From a virus: DNA of 45,618 nt. Of this stretch, positions 33,372 through 40,340 are shown piece by piece. The stretch lies in the IMG/VR virus record IMGVR_UViG_3300047440_000231, positions 1-45,618 of that record; one strand, written 5' to 3'. Under the pieces are notes generated by a model. The model was given only the letters and a program-made list of their open reading frames with translations, did not search any database and was not told where the DNA came from. Numbering within the stretch: the stretch's first letter is position 1; each line of letters starts with the position of its first letter. The translations under genes were made by a program, and so were the position numbers.

Positions 33372-33674
33372 TTAGTACCTTTCAGCCGTTCCGCGCTTCG
33401 TCCCTGATTGATCTCCGTCCTCGCCGATACAGTCGCGATCTGCATCCTGCTCAACGGCAGACACGCCCATCGCCGCCTGCATCATTTCCTTTGTAGCATG
33501 GCAGACACAGTGGCTATCGCCCATGTCGTCTAGGGCCTGGTCAAGCGCCGTCCGCAGCCGCTCGATCTCGTCGGCGGCCTCTTGCCAAAAGTTTCGTCCC
33601 GGCAAGCGGACAGACGCGGCATGTTCTGCCCCGAACTTTTTGGTAATAGATCCTATGTCAGCCCAATCGGTCAT
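33372..33674 (-). CDS. Hypothetical acidic protein
   Basis: First ATG (Met4) of track ORF 33372..33683, with SD GGTGGA. Confidence 0.55.
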   Translation of the reverse strand: MTDWADIGSITKKFGAEHAASVRLPGRNFWQEAADEIERLRTALDQALDDMGDSHCVCHATKEMMQAAMGVSAVEQDADRDCIGEDGDQSGTKRGTAERY

Positions 33675-33909
33675 GGTGTCCACCGTCTAGGTATCGTTGA
33701 CCGTCTCTCCGGCCTGTCACGACTACGGCTGGTTGCGGGCCTTCCTCTCAGTCGAGCCGCCTTCCAGTCTGTTACCCTGCCGACCTAGCTGGCCGTCGTT
33801 CACCGTGGCATATCGTGGGCAGTACACGTCCCAACACTAGCGGTTCTTCATGTTGGGCTTACCAGAGCCGGAACCCCGCGGTAGTATTCAATCCCTCGAT
33901 GTATGTGGA

Positions 33910-34158
33910 TTATCTCAGAAAGTGGGTAGCTATGCCGTGGCTAGATGGCGAAAACGCATAGGCGACAATCCATGGCTTCGGCTCAAACCGCGTGTCATGA
34001 ATCCACTCGACTTGATAATGCCAACCACGCAGCCCATTCTCATTGATGAGCCCCGTCATCATGCCGTCGCTTGGCCTTCTGTTCGGCCTGCGTTTTGCCA
34101 GACGCTTGCCGCGCTCTAGAAGGAGCTTCATTTTCTTTGATCGCAGTCGCTTCATCAT
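33910..34158 (-). CDS. Hypothetical protein (82 aa)
   Basis: ORF track. Lower G+C and a basic N-terminus. Moderate coding look. Confidence 0.4.
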   Translation of the reverse strand: MMKRLRSKKMKLLLERGKRLAKRRPNRRPSDGMMTGLINENGLRGWHYQVEWIHDTRFEPKPWIVAYAFSPSSHGIATHFLR

Positions 34159-34182
34159 GTCCTGACACTCGCCATCGTTGGA

Positions 34183-34392
34183 TCAGGACGTAAAGCCCTG
34201 CAGTTCCTTGTATGCTGCTATCATCGCCGGAAGATCACCCTCGATCATCGCTCTTGCAGCTCGGTCAAGAGAAGCGCGCATGAGCATAAGCGCGAATCCG
34301 CCGGCTGAGCCGATCAATTGATATTGCGGAATGAGTTCGTCGCGCACCCGAGCCATTTCTTTTGGGAGAGCATCGCCAAGCGTTTCCATCAT
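34183..34392 (-). CDS. Hypothetical protein
   Basis: ATG after a strong SD AAGGAG. The track ORF 34183..34407 starts at an upstream TTG. Confidence 0.55.
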   Translation of the reverse strand: MMETLGDALPKEMARVRDELIPQYQLIGSAGGFALMLMRASLDRAARAMIEGDLPAMIAAYKELQGFTS

Positions 34393-34425
34393 CTTCTCCT
34401 TGTCCAACGGCCTGCGAGAAGTGGA

Positions 34426-34551
34426 TTAGCGCTTCGCCATGCGACGCAGTGCAGTCGTGTAGCGCCGCCGCTCGACATTGGCGGGTGCGATCTGTTTGGC
34501 CCGGCGCTTGGCCTTGCGAGCGGGCTTCACGGGGTTGAGTTTGCGGATCAT
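34426..34551 (-). CDS. Small highly basic protein (41 aa)
   Basis: Internal Met (MIRKLNPVKPARKAKRRAK..). Third codon positions are mostly G/C. Confidence 0.4.
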   Translation of the reverse strand: MIRKLNPVKPARKAKRRAKQIAPANVERRRYTTALRRMAKR

Positions 34552-34570
34552 GGTGCGTGTCCAATGCTGT

Positions 34571-34849
34571 TCACTGTGTGACCTCGATAATGTTCTTGAC
34601 GACGCGCCAGCATTGCTCAGGCGCTTCAGCATTGGAGCGGTCGGCAGAGCGCTGTGCTGCAGCGCGGTTCTTATAGCCGGCGGCCGTCACACCGTTGGCC
34701 GACTCGATAGACCATTCGACACGGTCCTTGAGTTTCTCGCATCGCACGATCTTGATGCGTGCCGGGACGATGCTCTGCACAATCCAGTGATCCTTGCCTC
34801 GAAGCTCAAGACCGGCGTCACAGTGTTTGCAGCGGTCTACCGTGTTCAT
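34571..34849 (-). CDS. Hypothetical protein (92 aa) with CxxC
   Basis: Met11 start in an ATGA overlap with the upstream stop. Confidence 0.55.
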   Translation of the reverse strand: MNTVDRCKHCDAGLELRGKDHWIVQSIVPARIKIVRCEKLKDRVEWSIESANGVTAAGYKNRAAAQRSADRSNAEAPEQCWRVVKNIIEVTQ

Positions 34850-35082
34850 GTCGTTGGACCTTTCGGGATCGGCATCCAATGTGTCACAATTACTTTATTT
34901 GAAATTCGTCCATCCGAAGAAAACCACCCTCCCCGAGACCATGATCCTGGGTCAATCCAGTAAGCATCAGATATTCTATATGGTCCCCATGTTCGCGCCT
35001 TTGGATATTCCTCGTTAGGAACTACCCAAAGATCAATATCGATATCTTTTGGAGCGCTCGCAATTGGTTTCCATTCTTCCAT
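34846..35082 (-). CDS. DUF551-like protein
   Basis: MEEWKPIASAPKD....THWMPIPKGP pattern. SD GGGAG. Alternative GTG start at 35103. Confidence 0.5.
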   Translation of the reverse strand: MEEWKPIASAPKDIDIDLWVVPNEEYPKARTWGPYRISDAYWIDPGSWSRGGWFSSDGRISNKVIVTHWMPIPKGPTT

Positions 35083-35099
35083 CAAGGTATCTCCCGATG

Positions 35100-35423
35100 T
35101 CACGTCAGCGAACTACGCGCGCGCCGCAGTGCTCCACCAAAAGTGCGATCCTTCGGATATGAACCGCGATCGATGGCGATGTCATTGAAGACAGCGGGAA
35201 TAGCAACATTTGGTGCATCCCTGTGGTCGAAGTCGCGATCTCCCATTCTCACATCGTTATATCCCTGCGCAGTGAAATATTGCGCAAGGAGGCAATGCCC
35301 ATTGCAGGTATACCTGTACGAAACATCGGCAGGCTGGCTTTCCAGCCATGCGATCAGCGTCGCGAGCGCGAACGGATCAGCCTTCGTCTCAGCCTGCTTT
35401 TCCCACTTCGGATCGTAGAGCAT
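35100..35423 (-). CDS. Hypothetical protein (107 aa)
   Basis: ORF track; ATG start. Confidence 0.6.
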   Translation of the reverse strand: MLYDPKWEKQAETKADPFALATLIAWLESQPADVSYRYTCNGHCLLAQYFTAQGYNDVRMGDRDFDHRDAPNVAIPAVFNDIAIDRGSYPKDRTFGGALRRARSSLT

Positions 35424-35461
35424 TTCAGGTCTCCTGATTTACGGTTGTCGTGTGATTGGAC

Positions 35462-35809
35462 TCAGGCTGCCAAATCCGGCGCCTGCAAATGTGCGGCGCC
35501 CGTCGTGTCGATGACATAGACCGGGACGCCGCCTAGAGCCGTACTGTCCCACTTCGCGTGTGCCCCATCTCGAAATGGCGCATAGTCCATGATCTTTGGA
35601 CCCGAAGTCGTCACGAAGGTCCGGCAAATCTGCAAGACCAGTTCCGTCTTCTTCTTTGTGCGTCGGATATCATGCTCGCCAAGCGGCAAGACAAGCTCGT
35701 AGACGCACGTCCATCTGCAATCGTCGAGTAGGCCGACGCTACGCCGCTTCAATTCCTGAGCCGTTGGCTCCCGCCAGCGGAGTTGCAATCGAGGTGCGGG
35801 TAGAGTCAT
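35462..35809 (-). CDS. Hypothetical protein (115 aa)
   Basis: Met26 of the track ORF, preceded by SD GGAGAGGAAG. Confidence 0.55.
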   Translation of the reverse strand: MTLPAPRLQLRWREPTAQELKRRSVGLLDDCRWTCVYELVLPLGEHDIRRTKKKTELVLQICRTFVTTSGPKIMDYAPFRDGAHAKWDSTALGGVPVYVIDTTGAAHLQAPDLAA

Positions 35810-35831
35810 CTTCCTCTCCAGGGATACCGTG

Positions 35832-36446
35832 TCACTGCATCTTCGCAAGCTGCGTGGCGAGCATCCGGCATTCGTTTGCGACATAGGAAACGCTCTTATA
35901 GGTCTCCCCGTCGAAACCCATCATCTCGCGCACGCCGATGCTGCTCATCCGCGGGCAAATGTCGCCAGAATGAGCGCAGTCAAAACCGAACCACCAAACT
36001 CGATCCGGTTCGTTCGGCCCCGGAGTGTGGCAGATGAAGCGCGCGTGAGCGCGGATTGCCCATGCGTTGTAATCGTCCCAGCAGCCTTCCCACTCCTTTA
36101 GCGAACGAGCGGCATCGCCAACCGGATACTGAGCGGCCTCCTTAATGAGAGAGGGCTTGCGTTCGCGCCACTTCTCCCATTTTTCGCGGCTGATTTCCGT
36201 ACAGCCGCCGGCAAACGTGAGGCCGCCATGTGCCTCAACATCGCAATCGTCGTATCCCTTGCCGTGCAAGGCATGACCGGGCTGGACGCCGACATACCCA
36301 CAGAGTGCGCCGACCGGTCCGCGAACGATCAGGCACGGCAAGCCCGTTGCTTCGTCGGCCCATTGAATTTTGTCCGGCTCGGAATGCCATTCACCGGGCG
36401 CCCAACCCTGCTTACCGACGATATCCCGATATTCGATCCGTTCCAT
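35832..36446 (-). CDS. Hypothetical protein (204 aa)
   Basis: ORF track. Motifs LCGYVGV...HGGLTF and WWFGFDCAHSGD are seen in many phage proteins of unknown function (from memory). Confidence 0.65.
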   Translation of the reverse strand: MERIEYRDIVGKQGWAPGEWHSEPDKIQWADEATGLPCLIVRGPVGALCGYVGVQPGHALHGKGYDDCDVEAHGGLTFAGGCTEISREKWEKWRERKPSLIKEAAQYPVGDAARSLKEWEGCWDDYNAWAIRAHARFICHTPGPNEPDRVWWFGFDCAHSGDICPRMSSIGVREMMGFDGETYKSVSYVANECRMLATQLAKMQ

Positions 36447-36481
36447 GGTATCTCCTGATTTGCGGTTACTGTATATGCGGA

Positions 36482-36910
36482 CTAGGCGGCGTTGGTCGCC
36501 ATGTTCTCTGGGTGGAATGCCGAGACGAAATACGGGTAGTAATCGTCCGTATTATCAGTCCCAACTTCCAACACGACCTTTTGCGTCACCACATCGACCA
36601 TTTCGACCGTATCATTGACCGAATAGGTCTCATTCGCCTTCTTGCGGGCCACGACGCGAACGGCCGGGAAGATATTTTTCATCGGTTCCACCGCGTCGGA
36701 GAAAAGCTTGCCGAGGCTGCTGCGGTATCCATCGTCCGGGTCCTCGACCGCTGTGTAGGTCACGCCGTCGAGACGGAAACGGATCGCATTAGCATCTTCA
36801 AAATTGCTGCCGTAGGTATTGACGCGCTCGACGAACGTATCGACGGCATCAAGTGTGTGCTCGCCGAGCAAGCTATCGAGGGCGACTTCGGTCTGCGTTT
36901 CAGAGGTCAT
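36482..36910 (-). CDS. Acidic hypothetical protein (142 aa)
   Basis: Met15 of the track ORF. About 25 Asp/Glu versus 11 Lys/Arg, counted by eye. Confidence 0.6.
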   Translation of the reverse strand: MTSETQTEVALDSLLGEHTLDAVDTFVERVNTYGSNFEDANAIRFRLDGVTYTAVEDPDDGYRSSLGKLFSDAVEPMKNIFPAVRVVARKKANETYSVNDTVEMVDVVTQKVVLEVGTDNTDDYYPYFVSAFHPENMATNAA

Positions 36911-36941
36911 TTTCGTTTTCCCTTTGCCCAAGTATACGTCG

Positions 36942-37112
36942 TCACAGGACACCGTCGCCTTCGAGGCCGCTGCGAATGTAGTGCAGGATCTGTCCGTTGA
37001 CGCTTCTGGACTCCTTGAAAGCCTGCACCTGCAAAGCCTTCTTTTCGTCCTTCGTCATGTAGACGTGGGTCTCTTCGGTTCGGTCTTTCTGGCGGCGGGG
37101 TTTGCTTGTCAT
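36942..37112 (-). CDS. Ribbon-helix-helix (Arc/CopG-like) regulator (56 aa, below the ORF-track cutoff)
   Basis: MTSKPRRQKDRTEETHVYMTKDEKKALQVQAFKESRSVNGQILHYIRSGLEGDGVL. The beta-strand/helix/helix pattern is typical of RHH proteins. ATG lies 7 nt after a -10 box. Confidence 0.6.
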   Translation of the reverse strand: MTSKPRRQKDRTEETHVYMTKDEKKALQVQAFKESRSVNGQILHYIRSGLEGDGVL

Positions 37113-37118
37113 GACGCC

Positions 37119-37158
37119 TATGTACGCCTCCTAAAATAGGATGTCAAGTTCCTATTTT
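37119..37158 (-). promoter_or_regulatory. Sigma70-like promoter (TTGACA-N17-TACATA) embedded in a 9-bp inverted repeat operator
   Basis: On the minus strand, -35 is at 37147-37142 and -10 at 37124-37119. The perfect IR AAAATAGGA-N8-TCCTATTTT (37133-37158) brackets the -35. Confidence 0.55.
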
Positions 37159-37161
37159 CGG

Positions 37162-37181
37162 GTCTGCCGATAGAGAAAGAC
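37162..37181. repeat. Hairpin motif GTCTGCCGATAG..AAGAC, copy 1
   Basis: Shares the exact 12-mer GTCTGCCGATAG with 37403-37414. Stem GGTCT/AGACC. Confidence 0.5.
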
Positions 37182-37187
37182 CGCAGA

Positions 37188-37391
37188 TCAGGGGTCCCAA
37201 TTGCTGATTTCTTCGTAGACCGCCTCGAATGGCGATAGGCCGTCCGCCCACATTTCTCGCCAGCATTCATCGCCGGTGTTTAAAATCATTTCCCACGCTT
37301 CATCGTCGGACATTTGCGCCTGTTTTGAAAATTGCTGGACAAGCGCCACTTTCCACGGCTCGTATTCTAGAGCATTGCGAGTGTCTATCAT
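37188..37391 (-). CDS. Hypothetical acidic protein (67 aa)
   Basis: ORF track. SD AAGGAG. Confidence 0.6.
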   Translation of the reverse strand: MIDTRNALEYEPWKVALVQQFSKQAQMSDDEAWEMILNTGDECWREMWADGLSPFEAVYEEISNWDP

Positions 37392-37402
37392 GGTTGCTCC
37401 TT

Positions 37403-37420
37403 GTCTGCCGATAGGAAGAC
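37403..37420. repeat. Hairpin motif GTCTGCCGATAG..AAGAC, copy 2
   Basis: GTCTGCCGATAGGAAGAC, 11 nt upstream (minus sense) of the ATG at 37391. Confidence 0.5.
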
Positions 37421-37574
37421 AGTGGCTTAGCGGAAGGCGGGTCGGGCGCTATTCCGACTGCGAGTTGTGCCAGTGATAACCCTTGTGGGTCGCCCTGCCA
37501 GCTTCCCCTCGCACGCTGAGGGCCTTGCGATGCTGCGCGCGTGTCTGCTTTCCACGCCGCCGCCCTCCGCTAAG

Positions 37575-37596
37575 CCCCGGCCGCTTTGGGCCGGGG
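37575..37596. terminator. GC-rich hairpin (terminator-like)
   Basis: CCCCGGCC-N6-GGCCGGGG, followed by GGATTTGT on the plus strand. Lies in a 255-nt non-coding gap of the minus-strand operon. Confidence 0.35.
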
Positions 37597-37646
37597 GGAT
37601 TTGTCAGTCGCTGTGGATCGTTACCCAAAAAGCATCACACCCCTTT

Positions 37647-37835
37647 CTATTGATCCGCATTCAACTCTTTGAGTGCTCGCTTCTCGCCCTCTGGGGTATA
37701 AGGGAACGCGCGTCCCACCCAAAACACTTTCCCTGTCCGGTCACATGTTGCGCAATGCAATCGACCGCTCACCCCGCTTCCCCCACAACGAAAGCAACGG
37801 ATGACAACCATAGAATCTTCACAAGGTTTGGTCAT
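37647..37835 (-). CDS. Small zinc-ribbon protein (62 aa)
   Basis: CFRCGGSG...CATCDRTG (CxxCxGxG-type pairs). Confidence 0.55.
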   Translation of the reverse strand: MTKPCEDSMVVIRCFRCGGSGVSGRLHCATCDRTGKVFWVGRAFPYTPEGEKRALKELNADQ

Positions 37836-37859
37836 TTTTCCTTATCCACTGACGAAAGC

Positions 37860-38081
37860 TCATTCACCAACGATTTTTTCAAGATCGCCCGGCTTAGGCC
37901 ACTCGAAAGCATAAGCGCGGCCACGAAAAACCTCCCATGCGGCAAGTAGCCGGCCGCTAGTATACGGCTCGCAAACCGCGCGAACCATTTTTGTGTAGGT
38001 CGTTCCCTGTCTCTCGACGCGAATCTCTGTGCCGCAGTTTTGCGCGTACAAGCGGCGAATGGTGTGGATATAGAAAGGCAT
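37860..38081 (-). CDS. Hypothetical protein (73 aa)
   Basis: ORF track; ATG start. Confidence 0.55.
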   Translation of the reverse strand: MPFYIHTIRRLYAQNCGTEIRVERQGTTYTKMVRAVCEPYTSGRLLAAWEVFRGRAYAFEWPKPGDLEKIVGE

Positions 38082-38276
38082 TTATCGATCTCCTGACGAG
38101 TTCTGATTGGACCTTATGCATGAGCACGGCCCGCCACTAAGTTTGCAGGCGGCCATTTTGGCTTTGTACTTTCCCGCGCTCCACGCCGGCCCGCTTCCAT
38201 CATCGCAATCGCAATGGGGCAGATGCTCAAACGGAAGATTGCATGGGATTGGCTCTACATCGTCACGCATGCTCAT
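38082..38276 (-). CDS. Hypothetical Cys-rich protein
   Basis: Internal Met49 of the track ORF. Met51 (38270) has better spacing from the GGAG SD. Confidence 0.45.
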   Translation of the reverse strand: MSMRDDVEPIPCNLPFEHLPHCDCDDGSGPAWSAGKYKAKMAACKLSGGPCSCIRSNQNSSGDR

Positions 38277-38304
38277 TTCTCCGTTGACGGGCCATGTGTG
38301 GACA

Positions 38305-39003
38305 TCATTCAGCTTGTGCGAGATACCGAAGTTCTTTTTCCAGACGCCGCGCTGCAGTCTCACAATAGCGTTCTTCGAACTCAACGCCGATCGCGTGACG
38401 GCCCTCGATAGCTGCAGCAACTAGTGTGCTCCCACTTCCGGCGAATGGGTCGTAGACGATTTCGCCCATGATGCTACTGCTCTCGATAAGCTGGCGTAAG
38501 ATGTCGACTGGCTTTTCCGTGGGGTGGTGCTGAACGCGACCACTGATCGGACGCATGCTACGCACGATGCTGCCTTTGCGAAGCCGGGCCGAAAGGTTCC
38601 CATATCCCTTCTCACGGTTGGCTTTGCTCAGTTCATAGGTGGCGAAGGTAATGTTCTCATGCTGAGGACCCCACGGTTGGCTGAGATCGCCCATGCCGAT
38701 CGTGCCCTTATCCCAGATAATCTCCGCAGCCCCACAGAGGGGAAGCCTTGCGATGTCAAAGCGATTGCCGAAGATGTAGACGTGCCTTCCGCGCTTGAGC
38801 CCCTTAAGAACCTTCGTCAGCCGGTCGATTGTGCCGGCAATGTCATCATCGCCCTTAATGGTTCCCCACAGATCAGATTTTCCGCTCTTGAACTCCTGTC
38901 CATAAGGTGGATCGGTCACGAGAAGGTCACATGCGATATCAAAATCCGCGCAATCCCCCTTGTACAAGGTAACTCCGTTCATCTGAAAATATGGAGCGGT
39001 CAT
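38305..39003 (-). CDS. Beta-class N6-adenine/N4-cytosine DNA methyltransferase
   Basis: The DPPY motif (LLVTDPPYGQ) precedes the SAM-binding VYDPFAGSGST, which is the order typical of the N6_N4_Mtase family. TEKP motif present. Confidence 0.85.
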   Translation of the reverse strand: MTAPYFQMNGVTLYKGDCADFDIACDLLVTDPPYGQEFKSGKSDLWGTIKGDDDIAGTIDRLTKVLKGLKRGRHVYIFGNRFDIARLPLCGAAEIIWDKGTIGMGDLSQPWGPQHENITFATYELSKANREKGYGNLSARLRKGSIVRSMRPISGRVQHHPTEKPVDILRQLIESSSIMGEIVYDPFAGSGSTLVAAAIEGRHAIGVEFEERYCETAARRLEKELRYLAQAE

Positions 39004-39194
39004 GGAGATTCAACCACATCTGTTAGACATGTTGGATGGCAGAAAGCCGGGTGCTGCATTGCCTCTTGCTTCGATGAAAACCTGAGAGCCTCGTTAGGTG
39101 CTGCCGTTGTGAATGGGCCTATGGCGCACATGCCCGCTATCCACAGGTCTTTGCCATCATGCTGCTTGAAGTATTTGAGGCTATATTCGGTCAT
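39000..39194 (-). CDS. Hypothetical protein (64 aa)
   Basis: ORF track. ATGA overlaps at both ends. Confidence 0.55.
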   Translation of the reverse strand: MTEYSLKYFKQHDGKDLWIAGMCAIGPFTTAAPNEALRFSSKQEAMQHPAFCHPTCLTDVVESP

Positions 39195-39382
39195 TCTTCT
39201 CTCCCTCCCGCCGTCGCGCCCGGAATTTGCCCGGTCAAAAGTGCCATAATCATGCGCTCTCGCGCGCTATAATAGTGCTCCCGATATGATTTACTGCATG
39301 GAAATATCACATCATAATCACGATAGGCTATGAGCAAATCATCTACAAATTCAGTAGCCTGTTCTCGTGTTATTTCAGTCAT
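39191..39382 (-). CDS. Hypothetical protein (63 aa)
   Basis: Met16 of the track ORF. Confidence 0.5.
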   Translation of the reverse strand: MTEITREQATEFVDDLLIAYRDYDVIFPCSKSYREHYYSARERMIMALLTGQIPGATAGGREE

Positions 39383-39569
39383 TTTCCCTGTCCACTGACG
39401 CGCCCTGTGCAGCCTCGATACTGACAAGCATCCACGGCATGTGACGAAGCTTCATCCAGGTGAAGACGCTCACGCCTGGATACATCAGACTGTGGTCGAG
39501 ATGGCGAGACGACAAGGTGTGTCGTTCTTGCTTGATGCGGAACTCGGGAGCGATCAAGCGATCTGTCAC
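39375..39569 (-). CDS. Hypothetical protein (64 aa)
   Basis: ORF track; GTG start. Confidence 0.4.
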   Translation of the reverse strand: MTDRLIAPEFRIKQERHTLSSRHLDHSLMYPGVSVFTWMKLRHMPWMLVSIEAAQGASVDREND

Positions 39570-39765
39570 GGCTGCACCCTATTGTAGATGGGATTAGGCA
39601 TGATTTCGACACGATCGCAATTCGCGGGGAAAAGAAAACAACCATACTCGTCGGTCCGACCGTCCCGCCATTCGGTGCTCCAATCTCCAGCGAAAAGACG
39701 GTATCGGAACCTCTGCTCTCCGATCTTTTTGCGCTGCTCTGCCATTGCAGTGATCCCCTATCGGT

Positions 39766-39933
39766 TCACGCGAACCTATATCGACGCATTGTGCCGCATG
39801 TCTCGCACTTTTGCTGATATTCGGTGCCGCACGGCATTTTGCTACAACTCTCATCCCATATTCTTACAGTTGCATATGTCTCAAATTTGCAAGGTCCGGG
39901 ACACCATAACCATCGAATAAACCTTCTAAGCAT
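39766..39933 (-). CDS. Small Cys-rich protein (55 aa)
   Basis: Met20 of the track ORF (SD GAGGAG). MLRRFIRWLWCPGPC...CETCG. Confidence 0.4.
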   Translation of the reverse strand: MLRRFIRWLWCPGPCKFETYATVRIWDESCSKMPCGTEYQQKCETCGTMRRYRFA

Positions 39934-40056
39934 TGTCTGCTGATCTCCTCTATCTGCGATTTCGACGCGAATAAAACTTCCGCGGCTCAAACACGTAGCG
40001 CCAGCCGTAGGGCTTGAACCATCGAAGTATCTTGAAGCGACCCATCAGATCCCCCG

Positions 40057-40242
40057 TTAGATGTCCCACGTAACCGGTACGCACGCTGGCTCGAGATGCA
40101 GCACGCGCGCATCGGAGATGGTCGATGGGCTATGCAGCAGCGCCAGGCAGGCGCCGTGCGTAGGCATAAGCGTTGGCGGCATCAGGTCGCCCGGCGGCTG
40201 GAACGCGCCACAGGATGCGCAGAGCCAGATCAGTTTCCACAT
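40057..40242 (-). CDS. Hypothetical protein (61 aa)
   Basis: ORF track; ATG start; hydrophobic Cys-rich N-terminus. Weak call. Confidence 0.35.
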   Translation of the reverse strand: MWKLIWLCASCGAFQPPGDLMPPTLMPTHGACLALLHSPSTISDARVLHLEPACVPVTWDI

Positions 40243-40340
40243 CGCCCGTCTCGCCGGTCGACATAGACGAAATCCCCGCGGTAGCGCCAGAGCGCGACGG
40301 CGAAGGCGATCGGGCCGAGGAAGATGGTGGCGTGCATCAT
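40230..40340 (-). CDS. Possible TM micro-ORF (36 aa)
   Basis: [24 protein letters not shown]... ATGA overlap with the annealase stop. Confidence 0.35.
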   Translation of the reverse strand: MMHATIFLGPIAFAVALWRYRGDFVYVDRRDGRCGN

